A stretch of 64,000 bases of DNA from Phoronis australis (Eukaryota; Animalia; Phoronida). The stretch covers positions 309,595-373,594 of the forward strand of contig NMRA01000048.1 of the NCBI GenBank assembly GCA_002633005.1, read 5' to 3'. The notes beneath the pieces are model-generated. The model was not told the DNA's origin and made no database searches. It saw nothing but the letters and a program-made list of their open reading frames with translations. Both the position numbers and the translations under genes were made by a program. Shown one piece after another: positions 49,251 to 62,613 of the stretch (positions are counted from its first letter, which is position 1; each line of letters opens with the position of its first letter).

Positions 49251-51629
49251 TTAGGGTTTGGAATGCAATGGATGTGACACGAGTCTCTTTATCTTCTTGC
49301 TCTTTCTCACGAATTTCTCAGTCCGCCTTCTTTCTAGTGAAATTAAGCCTACCGTCCTCTTTATATTGCCGTGATGGGGTTGGTCTTCGTGTCTCCTGTG
49401 ATTAAGCGTCGGCTAGAGAGAATTCTGGACCCTGGCTAAGTTGTTTGCGTTGGTTAAGGCAGCAGTAAACCATGCGTTCGAGGAGTACTCTCCATCTGGG
49501 GTTTGACAGTTCAGAGCCTGTGTAATCCTGCTGTCAAGATCTTCATGTTAGCGCCACCTAGTACCAGGCAGTTTCTTCATCACAGCAATTTTCTTAGTAG
49601 CTTTGCTGTGCATGGCAGCAATGTGCGGGCACCGAGTAAGCCTTTTTGTCCAGTTTAACCCCGATGAAGGTTGGGGTTGCTTATTGGGCAATTTTATGGC
49701 CTTCTAGCTGCAGGGAGAAGAGAAGGGCACGTGGCTTCGGTTCTGGCTCCGCTAATCGCGACCACTCACACTTAAGCCCAGTCTAAGATCAACTTCATGA
49801 CTTTCTACAACCTGCATGCCGCTGTGGTGATGTACTCTGCTTTTGTCCATGCAGTCAGGCCGTCTGAACGAAGCGTCCTTAAAATGGTCAACAATTTCAT
49901 CCATTAAAATAATAAAGAGCGTGGGCGCAATTACGCTGCTCTGGTGTACTCCTCCTCAAATCCTAACCAACGTGCTTTGCTTGTTTGTTCGCCCAGCTTT
50001 ATTGGCGCTGATCTTTGGAGCTGGTAACTTAATCCGCACAGGCATTTTGCCGCGTGCTTGTTTTTGAAAGAGCTCGAGCAGCAGACCTTCCTTCAAGACC
50101 TTTACGAGCTATTCAACACCATACGTGAATTGTATTACAGCTTGTTGCTTAACCGGCGCGTGTACACTTAGTGTATATACGACGTCGCATACCCACACGC
50201 CAAAGAACATAATGGCAACAAGATGAGTTCGTATACATGAGATAAATATTCACGGAAATCTGACCGTTTATCTAGAAACTATTTTATAACACAAATGATG
50301 GTGGATACAACTTCCTCCACGCAATTTGGCTGCATTTTATTTTTTAGTGTCCACTGGTAGTGGACTAGGGTTAGAAATAAGAAAGTACGGTGGGTTGTCA
50401 TGTTTAAGCAAGCCACATTTGTTGTCTCGTAACATATGTTCCACGGATTCAATTCTTTTATATCAGATTATATTAGGTACAGGCTTTCTGACGCTCTTAA
50501 AATTCCTTAACAATTTTCCTTGATTGTTTCCCAATTTTGAGTGTTTCCCTAAACCTTTCCTGTTTTTTCATTCTTTACGTGATGTAGATCACATGACAAC
50601 GGGTCTATAATATCGGTAACTGGAAAAGAATGACCAGTTACACTTGAGATCTAGGTGTTGCTCCTGTTCACTCCTTACGGACATTCGTCAGCTACCACCC
50701 ATGTCACCATGTAGCATTCCGGGTTTGGAGTTGCTTCGTACCAGGCTGGTATGTCCTCATGATCGTACAAGATCTCGCGAGATATAGCTGAGTATTTTCA
50801 ATGACACTACGTGATTTTGACTAGAGTTTTGATTGTCGCCGTAAAACAGATATTGAACTCTACCCAGGGGTGTATACCACCTGGCCATCAATCTCTCCAA
50901 TATTATGGACTTCTGTTCTGTTGCATTGGTTAACTATAAGTGACTCTTGGTCCACCAGGTTGGAGTTCTTGGGATATACGAGCTGGTATCTTCTGTCAAA
51001 TTTTGCATATAAAGCTATGTTCTTATGTTCTTAGATTTTTAGTTTTTCCCAGGACACGCATTATTTTGCCTGTAGAACCATCTTCGTCATTTTGAACTTG
51101 ACAGCACGTTCTGTTTTATTTTCTTATTTAATCTCGTTTTAACCAACCCATATTTTGTTAGCTTTCACTATAGTGCTTACCATTGTGGTCATAGCTGATT
51201 GGCAGAAATATAATGAATGGTCTTACATCTGAAAAAGACATAGACTTACATTCCGATACAAGCGCATGGCTTTATGTCTGGGAACGTTGGATTCAAAGTA
51301 TTCGTAGGAAGTGCATACTTTCTCGTATAAGACCATGTGTTTTAAGTTTCATTTAAAAGAGAACAGATGATTTCATCAGAGAGAGTAAAGCTTTTTCTAT
51401 AGAAGGATATCAAAAAACTCACTTTGCAACATTAAACAGTGATGTAATTGTACTTTGAATATATCGACTTCAGCGCACGCAATCGCAATTTCCCACACGC
51501 AGCCAAGGGTATTTAAGCTTTTCCGTCGATGTATAGATGGCGCAGTAGTCAAGTCCTCCCTCATTAGCATATCAAATTTGCATGCTGCAAATGGGAGTTT
51601 TCGAGATTCTCGTCAGTTGTTACATCGAA

Positions 51630-54269
51630 ATGGCGTCCTTACGTGAGTTTGTGATAAAAAATCTCGTTGTGACGGATTTTATCCAGCAAGGAAACTTCTG
51701 TGAGACACGTTTGTCTCGACTCCGTTTAGTGAAGTAATATTTGAGGAGTTGTCCGACCTCTTCCATGAACTAAAGCGGAATATTGCGGATCGAATCGCCA
51801 GGAAACAGGTGACGAAGAGCGAGGCCGACGTAGTGTTTCGCGCACCAAGTGAGGTCATGCTCTGCGTGAGAGAAAGTTCACAGAAAATTTATTCGACCAT
51901 CTGTTGCTACCACAATTGGACTTGAGGAGTAAATACGACACTGACTTGCAATGCAGTGCAGTGTGCAATGCTGCTTTTTGAATATGCACCGCGAGCCCTC
52001 TGGCTTCGTCACCGTGTCCTCAGCTGGTGGTGCTGCTGTTAGTACCATTACAGCCACTACCAGCACTGAAAGCACCAATGTCGGAAGTAGACAGAATCTT
52101 TTTCCCGGCCTCAGTTTAATTAGTCGTGCCTCTGGACTCCCACCCCAGCCTGATTGGGGTTTACACGTACTGGCAGGTGGTTGTATTGGAGAGATGTTCC
52201 GTATATACAAGAAGAACAGGGGTGATGCATCATACAATCAGAAAAGAGAAATTCTGGCTGTTGTGACCATTCTGCAGATGACAAAAAGAAGTAAGTTTTA
52301 TTTTGATATCCTGGGAATAAAAACATGAAATTGGGAGTTATAAGATTATTCATGTCCTTTGTTTTGTATTAATGGTCATATGACTGGGTCTAATTCTCAT
52401 CAATTCCTGTTATTGTCAAAACTGAATTGTTGCAAACTTTCCTCAGTTTACTCTAATGAACCTCATTGCAAAGCAGGTGACTTTCTCAGTGATTGAAAGC
52501 AAAACGATGTCCATGATTAGTTTCACAATAGAAGAGTATGCGAATCACAATATTCACAGGTTTCTTTTGATATCGGGACAAGCTGAACATAGGCATTTTT
52601 AAAGATGCCATGTTTCATTAAAACCGTGAAGATTTGTATTTTAGCAACTGCTACCCAATGACTTCCTGGAGAACTGTGAGTACAGAAAAAGAAACAATTG
52701 GTAAATAACATAAAATAGTAAAACTAGTAAAACTAAAACGACGAGCGTCGGTACTAAAACATATTAAAATATCCCCCACGTTTAGAGCGATGCACTCTTT
52801 GTCAAGGGTGTGCTACAGACTGCTTAGTACATGTAGATGGATTTATAATAAAATGGCACAGGAGACCACATAGTGACATACAATTGACAATTTGCTGTTT
52901 TAAAGAAAACACTACAACTGAAAGCTTAAAATTAAATGTGAACATACAAAACCCCAGTAATTTCAAATATAATGCAATTGTTATTTGATAGTAAAATAAA
53001 CAAATATAAAAAACTGTGCCTTGTTTCATTTGGGCAACAATGAAATTTGCATAAAAACAGTCTCGCAAAATGAGACTTTCGCGATACAGTAATTTTAACT
53101 GGTTCTGGGATGGTTTCCAGTACATTGATATGGGAAGACCCAGGGTAGTTTGTAAATTAGTACTTCATTTGCATATTCACTATTTAATGAGATGATGTAT
53201 CTTTTAAGTATGTAGTTCGACTTTTTTGTACCAAAACGCAATTTGACATGCAACTTTTCTTTGAATTGCATATTTAAGTACTAAGTACTAAATTAGACAA
53301 AGGATATGTACACAACAAACACCCATTTAAGTGCATGACTTGACTTTAAGTGAAGCATGCTAGCATATGCCACATGAATATGCCTTCAGGATGAAAGGAC
53401 CTTAAAGAATTTTTTTATTGAAAAAGTATACTGTACCCAATGAATGAACTTTCAGTTTTACTTGTACAGTACTAGTTCAGTGTTGTTCTTGTGATTTCCT
53501 AACTTCCGTTTTTCTATCTAGGCTTGGCATCCTTCTTCCAGTACAGCAGAAGTGCAGAGAAAGAGGTAATTTACTGTACCTACACCATTCCTTCTTGCCA
53601 TTTCGGAGCAGGCTGGATAATTCCATACGAGAAGAGTTCGTTGGTAACCATAGACACAAAATCGTGAAGGTGAGCATATGACAGATTTAAAATAAGAGAC
53701 TAAATCATGCCACAATTCAACCTTTCCCTGCCTCCTTATGTTAGATTATGTGAGACTAGGTGGTAAAAGACTGAATATATATATTCACTAGAATATCAAG
53801 CCTGTCACAGTAGTACTTGATTTAGGAATGAGATGTAAAGCTTGGGGTTTCCAGGTAGTGGTAGATTTCGGAATGACCTGTTATGTTCACTAGTCCTGCT
53901 TGTGGGTCCAAATCGTGCTGCCGATACATCATCGCTAAACATCCTAATTGTGAGCTTCTGGATATCCCTCACACACTTTAAATTTTACCATGTTTCCCTT
54001 TGCAGATAATACAATCCAAGGTAAAAGATGATATAGAGTTAGTGACAATGGGTGTGACAATTACAAAGTCAAGACCGACAAAGTCATCCTACATTTTTGA
54101 TTATCGACTTTGTAAGAACAATTCTTGTCGTAAATATACCAATGCACGTATTGGTGGTTTCCTCAGAGGAGAGGCAGGCAGAAGCTTTGAAGGCAGAGGT
54201 ATGCGAATAAAGGGCACCGTGGGATTGCGTGATGAACTTTATCGTCAAGTAGCAGTTAATAAAACGTGA
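51630..54269 (+). pseudogene. Three-exon decayed gene of an uncharacterised, probably transposon-carried family (exons ~51630-52290, 53522-53669, 54006-54269)
   Basis: Donor gtaagt at 52291; exon ctag|..LGILLPVQQKCRERGNLLYLHHSFLPF..KIVK|gtgagc; phase-0 acceptor tgcag|IIQSKV...KYTNARIGGFL...GLRDELY..stop. Exon 1 has stops, and the exon 1/2 phase is mismatched. Confidence 0.55.
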
Positions 54270-55489
54270 ATTAAATTGATGTATATCATATCATTTGCTC
54301 AAATTGTCCAAACAGTTTTCTGTGATCTGTTTCTAAATTTGTGTAGCAATTGTCCTTGTAGTGTTGTAGAGCACAATAGAATACTCATGTACTTTAAGAG
54401 TTATTGTTGTTGCATTTTCCAGATCTATGAATATCACAACCATTATGATATCACATTAACTCAGCTAATGTTAAACAACAAAATCAGTCATAATAATGCA
54501 AAGTACACCAATAATATTTGCACACAGAGAGGTGCTATTCGAACCAAAAAAATGCACTTGTAAAATACTTGAAGCAGTCTTATCATATTCAGACCACTAG
54601 TAGGCATGTTACTACTGTGACTATGTCATAGGCAGTACATTGTTGTGTCCCTCAGTCCTTTTTTGCTTTTTCCTGAGTGGAATCTCATGGGTTGCAACAG
54701 TACCCCTGACCTCTCTATGCAGTTTCTTTGTCAGCACGGTATGTGGAAAATTTACTTATGTCAGCTATCTACTTGGTACTTGTACTGGCTAAAAAAGTTT
54801 CAACAGCACTGCCCTTCAACTGCAGTGGAGAAATGTAGTTGAAAAAGATTGAGAGTTATAATACACATACTATATTGTGGTTTTCTCAAAACTAGTCAAC
54901 ATGTTGTCATTAACGTCACTTCAACTACACACTGTAGTGATTTACACAGGAAATCAACAATATCATAGCATTTCTATTATAATATTAATCTTTTATCACA
55001 CATACCTCAAAATTGGTCTTACAAAATTATATAAATATATTTATAGGGAAATCAACAAAACAAATCCATTGAAAATTTCCAACGACTTACTTTTGGAATG
55101 TATTAGACTAAATCATCACTGAATCATAGACAATGTATTTAGGACTGATTGATAGTATAAGTCTCTCACAGGAAATCAACTACAGTATGAAAGCAATTTC
55201 TACACTAATCATAGACATGTATTTTCATTCAAAATACTCATTGGTCAGAACAATTGTATGTAAGTATTGCCCATTGACACTTAGTATGCCCATTTAAATC
55301 TACCTAAACACTACGAAAATGTACTGGTTCTGGTAAAGATCCTTTTGAAATAACACAAATATAGAAAGAAAAGGTTCAAAACAAAATGTCAAAATACTAT
55401 CACATCAGACAACTATCAACCACAGACTTTGTAAATCTGAATAAACTATAGTGACTTAATAACCTTCAGCACTGGACTTAATGATTTCA

Positions 55490-55885
55490 TTCATGACGTT
55501 TCTGCTTGCTATGCCTGTAGAAGGAGGCACACTGTTTGCATGGCATGCCACATTTACCACAAAAAGGAGTGTCCTCGTGCTGTGACGCAGTGTCGCATCA
55601 GGCTTACTCTTTCCGTGAAACGTTGATCACAGATAGGCCACTGAATCGACTTGGTTCCTGAGCACGACTGCTTCGAGCTGTGTTTTATTATATTGGTAAA
55701 AAAGCTCTTGGCGCATGCAACGCGTAAATCACAGGGCTGGTAACGCGTCAACCACAGGGCTGGTAAAGGTCTTGTTTTGTTGTAGTGTCACTGTATTTTA
55801 TTGCCATGTGGTCATACTAAGTCGATTTCTTAGTTCCTGAACGAGGCTCCACAACACACACACACACCCTGTTGTGACGTGCAGC
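55490..55885 (-). pseudogene. Decayed C2H2 zinc-finger coding remnant
   Basis: Frame-shifted pieces C.CCGASFR..ST*YDHMAIK, QWPICDQRFTERVSLMRHCVTAH and FCGKCGMPCKQCASFYRHSKQKRHE*. Confidence 0.6.
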
Positions 55886-58876
55886 AGTTGTACTACTCTT
55901 TTTGAAGGCGTGGACGTTAACAACGTGAAGGACTCGTCGTGTGGCTACAGTTCAACTGAAAAAAATCAAGTGCATTCACTTATGTTTGTTAGACTAAATC
56001 TCACTTAGAAATAATGAAAAAACGATGAAATGTAATTAATAATTAACCTATCAACTAATTCAGGCTCCGTATTATTCTAAACTTATTGACATAGTACCGT
56101 AACTTGAACGACTATTCAGGCCAATGCAGATAAAAAAATGTAGTTACGTTCACGATCGCCATAGAGAATTAACGACATCGTTCCCGATCGCTGTGTCACC
56201 CAAGGACCTGCTTGTATTGGTAAATATCTCAAATTGTTTCACAAATCATAACTAACAAAGATGTCACCAGGGACGATTAAACTATAAACGTCACGCGTTT
56301 CTTCTTAAGAACACTGGAATAGCTAATAACAAGTAGAAATTGTCGATTTTACGAGGCGCAAGGCATTTTACCGAAAGCCATTGCTTTCTGAGCTCTTTAT
56401 TTTAAAAAATAAGCAAAAGCCAAGTATTATTTCAGATCCACAACAAAGGTTACACTCTGAAGCTTTTCTGTGAGTAGCGTTCGTACCAAAGTGGCCTCTA
56501 TTTAAGCAGAAAATGATGGTGCAAGGTCTTGTTCTCGATCGCCTTCCGGGCGTTCTCGATCGCGTGTTGGCCGGGATGTATCGTGTTGACAAAAGTTTGA
56601 AGTGTCAGAACCATAAACTGAGCGCGCGGGAGGTCTATGATTCCTGTTCTTCTTCAGTTGACGAAAACATTGCTATTGGCATAAAGAACGACCGTGAGAA
56701 ATTCATTTTGATGTGGACACCTGCATCCAAGAATAAATATTAATATGGACAGCTTGACACAAACGCAATAGTTTGAAAGCGTATAATTATGTCAATAGAT
56801 ATTATAGTACCATGCATTTTTCATTAATTTATTACTCACGGTTTCGCTCCTGTTCTTCAAAGAAAGCAATCTTTAAAGCTTCCTTTCCTCTCCGTGTTCT
56901 CCTCGATATCCTTACCGTCGCATTCATCTATAACTTCAGTCAACTTCTCAACGGAAAATTTAACGTCTTTAATAAACGATAGCTCAACACTGAGTTTTCT
57001 CAAGCTCAACTGTCAAATCATTCGCTAGTTGTACTCTTAATATCTCACCCTCTGCGTTTCGTTTCTTTGACGTTGTTTGAGGTTGCGGTATCGTGAAACA
57101 ACGCCGTCGGGTGAGAGAAGTTGCACCGGATAATTGATATTGGCTGCAGTTCTTTCCTTTAGAGTGCCCGGATTCAACTGCGCCGTTTTCTTGGCAAGTT
57201 ACCTTGCCTGCCTAATTTTTTCTGAGCATTGAAGACATCGACCTTCTCCTGCGCTAATCAACCTTTTATCTGCTATAGAAATGTTACGCCTAATTTTCTA
57301 CCATTTCAACACACTTTGTAGCTCTCAAGCATATCCCGGGCCTGCTGTAAGTCTAACGTTTGACATTTCGGTAAAAATCAAACACAGCTACAATTAGCAA
57401 TGCGCATTTCTTAATTCCGCTACAGTATGCATACTTGGAAGTTAGTTTTGCTTGGTGTTCTCCCAAATTAATCCACAACAATTGTTCATCATTAAATGCA
57501 TCAAATTCCTCGCCAAGGACAGTTCCGTCAACACAAAACGCTTCCTTGCCATACTTCAAAATTCGTGTTTATGCGCTTGCTTCGAAGAACCCGCAAAAGC
57601 TGGCTGGAATGTCGGCAGCTTCACGACTAAGTCTACAGCTAACTCCTGTTGAAATTCTTCATACTTCAAAATTCTTGTTTGCAGGTGCTGATAGTTGCCT
57701 TCAATGGTTTTCATAATAAGAGACTAGAAATCCGAGTTATCACACACGCCCACTGGCCCGCTGCTACCTTCCATTTTCACTGGCCACCCTGGTACCGCTG
57801 ACTTGCGCAATAGCCGAATTAGTGATCACGTGCCGGATACAGGCCCATCAGACAAGTTGCAGCAACAAATTAAGTACAAATTCACAAACCCTTATACACG
57901 CACAATTAAATGCGCAAAACTGCTCCTGTATTTCTTAAACCTTTAATTTAATGCTCAAGCTATACAACGAGTGCGTGTTGAAACACAACATTGACCTTGG
58001 ACCACCGATGGACTCCTCGCATCAGGACTGTAGTAAGCGGGGGGAGGGCGCTTGCCACCCAAAAAAATTTCAGGCCTCGGGGTCAAATCGTGGCAACTGA
58101 CAAAGGCGTGGGGCTGAGGAAAGACAAAAAAGAAAAAGAAAGAGAAAATTCAAGAGAACATTTGACAACTCAGTATCAGTGTATGGTTTACATTTTGAGG
58201 GCCCTGGCCAGGACAATTGTTGTTAGGGTATCCGTTTTTGCAGCATAGGTCGTCTAAACGCACTTGAAAACGTGCACTTAATCATTCATACATGTATTTC
58301 GAAAATTCGAGAAAATTTGTAAAGCGAAAGTTTTGCGGAGCGTATTAATTCAGTCACTGAATTTTTAAATTCAGTAAAGCAAATTTTGCGAATGCAAAAC
58401 TTTATTTTTCCAGAGGTCTCTCTCTTTGGCAAGGGAACGGACACAACTGTAGCTCTATTTTCTTCGTTTTTTCGAAATTGTAAATCACTTGAAAAATTTG
58501 ATGACCTTACGAATAACATTAATTGCTGCGCATTTCCTGACTTACTGAAAATATAGATATTTTCGTATTTAGGGGCAAAGTCCTTGAAGGGGGTCATTGA
58601 TGACATTTAAAAGACCACCTTTTTCGTGTTTTTATTGACAAATTATTAAGGGCCGCTCACGGAGAGAGGGCCCAATGTAGGAAGTGATTACCTCTATTTT
58701 CCTGTTTTTTTGTGAAATCGCACAACCGCCTTTCAGGTTGAGGAAGGTCATTTCTTGCAGAGTCACACGATGTGTAAAACAATGAACTGTCACAGTTTCC
58801 CAAGCTTAATGATTTCATTCCATTTAGACGGGATCCTCTCTCGGTGGGGCGGTTCGGGAGAATTGTCCTTTTGGTC

Positions 58877-59071
58877 CATGGGCGGCGAACCATAGGGGGC
58901 TGGAGGGCTATAGCCCCACTTTTTTCAGTGCTACGCCATAAATGGTCTATAGGCGGTGCACTACAGGGGGGATGAGGGGCTTTAGACCCCACTTTTTGCA
59001 GTGCTGCACCCTCTATACACCTCCAATGCGCGCACCCNTTGAAGGCTGGGTGTGCGCATGCCTCCCACATG
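58877..59071 (-). mobile_element. MITE related to 12311-12426 (inverted, longer)
   Basis: catgggcggcgaaccatagggggctggagggctatagccccactttt..cagtgc..ggtctataggcggtg is the reverse complement of 12351-12426; no TSD seen. Confidence 0.7.
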
Positions 59072-60217
59072 ACACTGCCAAATACTGAAGAGGGGAATTT
59101 GAGATTCCAAATTCATCAAAAACACAAAACATACGTGCACAGCACATAGTCTATTTTGTAAGAAATGACGATGCGCGTCGCTGAACTTAGTTGAAGGCTG
59201 ACTTGGAAAAATTCGATCTATCATTAAACCACCATATCGCTATGAAGTACACTCAACGATAGCAGTGATATTCATGAATGTCGGGCAGCTCTAAATGCTT
59301 TTTGAATTAAAAACTAGGCTAGTGAAATTTAAAAATTTACAAACCGTAGATGGAAAAAGAAGTTCAAGTCGTTGCTCATAAATTTGGAAAGATTGTCTTT
59401 GCAGTTCCTTGATGCTTGTAATTCCCAGTAGTATTGTTCAATGAATTTTGTTTCTTTTAAACCGAATCGTTTGCTTGTCATTCCCGTGCATACTGTACAG
59501 ACTGGGCACGTCATGACTCAGTGACGCAACCACGTTAAAAATAAAGTGCAGTCATGCAGCAGGCCCCGCGTAAAATCGCAGTGGTTGACGAGAAATGAAC
59601 TTGAACTGCAGGCGTTGAAATGTGTACATTTTTGGGACACACGTTCATTTTCAACAGCCGCCCGCCAGAAGCTGGACCAGTGGCGTGTTTCAACGAGGAA
59701 TTTTGATACAGCTCTATAGGCCAAGGACTTCCGGACCAGCCTTTCAAAAAAGTCTTCAGGGAATGACCATACCAAAATTAACTTTTCCCGAAACTGTGGA
59801 TCAAAAAACGCCCTTTGGAGCCAGAACACGGGTATAGGTTCGAGCTAAGCCGCACGTCTCAAATGAATCATACCGGAGCTGACCAGCGACTACCATTAGT
59901 TCATCGAACTGCACATGCATGGATCAGACTTCACGGCGACGCCGACACCGGCCACCGTGGCTTAGGACTAACGCTAATTTCTCGACTAACACCTGTTTCT
60001 AAATCTGGATTTAAGCAAAATGACAAAGTCCACGCATACACACATGCAAGTACAATCAAATGTTTTTTCATGTGAAACCATATCCAATGTTCTTTGAACA
60101 TTGACTTGGGTGAGTTCTTAGTTTTCTTGGAATGAGATCTCAGTGCCCAATCAGGAAGAACTGCGCTTCAAGTCATACACTACAGGCACCTGACGGTTCA
60201 AATTGGAAGCTCGCGTC

Positions 60218-60256
60218 GTATGACCCCGTATGACGCCGTATGACGCCGTATGACGT
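60218..60256 (+). repeat. 10-bp microrepeat (CGTATGACGC) x~4
   Basis: cgtatgaccccgtatgacgccgtatgacgccgtatgacg. Confidence 0.85.
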
Positions 60257-60386
60257 AGGCGAGGCGAGCCTCATTTGCATATGTTAGTGACATCTGTTGG
60301 TTAAAAAAGAGGATCATGCCCGAGTGCATGCCTGGGAAGAGGCATCTTTTGTAAGGGTAAAACATGTCATGTTCAAAGCATCTCAG

Positions 60387-60692
60387 CAGTGGAGGATTTA
60401 GGGAGGGGCCAAGGGGGCCATGCCACCCCTAAAATTCTACCAGATACCATTTGGGAGTTTGCGTGTGAATTGCTGACTAGCACATGCGCGCAACCAGGGG
60501 GGGGGGGTGAATAAACGATGCATAGGCCCTGACGAAACCCGTGAACCGCTTTTTTTTAGTCAACAGGTACGCAAACATAAAAAATTCGAGGCCCTGCATC
60601 CCCACATGTGAGGCTGGGCGCGCGCATCTGCCGAAATTCTGGTTATTCCTGTGCCCTGGCCCCCCTAACGCAAAATCCTGGATCCGCCCCTG
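60387..60692 (-). mobile_element. MITE (CAGGGGCGGATCCAGG family), inverted copy of 7943-8232
   Basis: Ends CAGTGGAGGATTTA / GGATCCGCCCCTG; perfect TSD CTCAG (60382-60386, 60693-60697). Confidence 0.88.
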
Positions 60693-60939
60693 CTCAGTGC
60701 CATTAATATGCAGTCTTTGGGGACCAACGGTGTCGTTTTATAGCTAAAGAGTTAAGCTTTCAAACACAATGTTTGGATTCCAGACAACTTGAACATTTAC
60801 TTTTGAAATCACGTTTGAAAACACGTTAAAATGCGTTAAAACAATTGTCCCTTCCTGGTTATCTCTTCCTGATGACAGGTACTTTTATGTAGCGCGCGCT
60901 TCTTGGCCACGTGCTTTTAACAGGTCATGTTTTTATTAG

Positions 60940-61380
60940 TCTTCGACTCGCGGTTTTCACAATATACAGAAAATTTGGATTCCTGTTGAGGGAGAAGATC
61001 TGTACGGGAAAGATACTGTAATACCACAATCCCGTTGACAAGTACACTCTGAAAGACCAGACCATAATGGAACAAGTCCCTCGCAAGATCAGCAAAACTG
61101 CGTTCTTTTTAAAGCACGGCGGAAGTTTGGAGTCTATATTTACGGCTAATACCGACACAACGGCGAGGCTCGTGGTCTACAAATTTCGCCCACAATGATT
61201 TTTTCAGGACTGTCCGTTCTTATTGATAAATTGAAGACGTTACTATACAATTTTAACTGTAGGTAAGGCATTTTTCGCAAGTACGGCGGCGTTCATGCAC
61301 TGGGCACTTATTTTAGCAGTCAGAAAACACTAGGGGGGGCGCTTATAGGGGCATGAGGGCTTATAAGGGCGAATTCGGTA
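60940..61380 (+). mobile_element. pogo/Tc1-like element remnant carrying a decayed HIRAN-like coding fragment
   Basis: RGFHNIQKIWIPVEGEDL..NPVDKY..QVPRKISKTAFFLKHGGS..GLQI resembles the recalled RGxHVY..W.P..GE.L...GHVPR.IS...FL.HGG...GLEIP motif; right end gggcttataagggcgaattcggta resembles TACCGTATTCGCCC-type TIRs. Confidence 0.55.
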
Positions 61381-62232
61381 ATTAATCTCTCCAACACATG
61401 AAGCTTGCACGCGCGCACTTCTGCACTGTTGCCACGTGAGAATTAGTAGCAATCCAAGTGGAGCGCTGCATGGTCACTTGTCGTCTGCGCACTACAGTCG
61501 GTTGTCAATGGGCAAGAAAATAGTTCTCAGTCAATTCCATAAAATGCGAAATAATTAACCGTTTCTTGGCCCTGTTACACAAAAAGTAGCACATCAAGTT
61601 TTAGGTATCTTCAGAATAACATTTTCAGTTTTTTTGAGCTTTAACCGACCATTTTTGTCAACTGAATGGGAACGCATCACATGCGTATGTGCAATATTTT
61701 TATTAATCGGGAAGTTGTGCATCAAATTTCACCGCTCGAACGCAAACAGATATGTTTTTGATCGGCAATTTTAATGGTATACATGAAATTAAGAATAAAG
61801 GGCTAAATTTAGGAGTATGACATTCTCGTTTTCTGCAGGCACCAGTTTTTTGTTCAGCAATCAGGTAATCCCCAGCTGGTGTGGTGGCTGACTCACAATA
61901 GCTCCACTGAAACTATTGTGAGGAAGCTCTATTCATGAGCGACTGGCAGTAACAAAGGGTTAGTCGCGGGCGCTTTCTGACCACGCTGACCCAGACCACG
62001 GGTTTTTATGCTCATATAAATATATTTAACAAGTGTCACGGGTGAGAAACAACATGACCGCCGGTCCTCTTAAATCGGACCGACTCACCCAAAACAGGAC
62101 CTCCAGGGATCAAATGGGACCGTCGCACCAGAAAATGGGACTGGGGGAGATAGGTGGCGCTTCGAAACATGGCGGGTGTGTTTTAGAATTCGAGAACATA
62201 GCCTGCAAAAATACCAGCCCTAAAGCCTAACC

Positions 62233-62475
62233 ATGGAAGCGAACACTTTTATTCAAGCCATGAAATCTGCACTCCAGGACTCGGATATAAAGGGAGTGTT
62301 CATAGAAATGTTTGAACGTACTCTCAATGAAGCCTGTCTTCACTTAACCGAAGGGTTCAAAGACTATGCTACAGAAACAACAGGACGAAATTGACAGTCT
62401 GAATAGAAAGGTGAACGAACTGGAGGAGCGTTTAGACGACAGTGAGCAATATTTCAGACGAATTGCCTGAGAACA
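62233..62475 (+). mobile_element. LINE ORF1 remnant (CR1/L2-group-like coiled coil)
   Basis: MEANTFIQAMKSALQD..., then frame-shifted QKQQDEIDSLNRKVNELEERLDDSEQYFRR/NCLR, matching the DDLEQYSRRNCLR motif. Confidence 0.6.
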
Positions 62476-62613
62476 CTCAGGAGCTAGTCTTAAAGGCGAA
62501 GGCAACCTTTTTTCATGTCACTTTTAGCAAAAATAAGGTTCGTTGATTATTCCAGACACATTTTTCACTTAATTACAACTTTTCGTAATTTGATTAATTT
62601 CTCGTCCTCTAAG

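Larger units (their letters stand above)
46611..50105 (-). mobile_element. Degenerate 5'-truncated non-LTR retrotransposon with RT, RNase H and zinc knuckle (I group, Ingi-like), split by an Academ-like insertion
   Basis: Minus-strand remnants: KEGLLLELFQKQARGKM (~50040-50095), GVHQSSVIAPTLFIILMDEI (~49895-49955), GVKLDK..HI..KATKKIAVMKKLPGTRW, WTQVCTDSSAENAVRN (RNase H, ~47350-47396), HCNISGNEEA, CPC..GPQTPENLLQ. Confidence 0.8.

Noticed and set aside
59518-59829. THAP-like fragment (LVWSFPEDFFER) on the minus strand
   Set aside because: Lacks the C2CH ligands and has no defined element ends; too weak to call.
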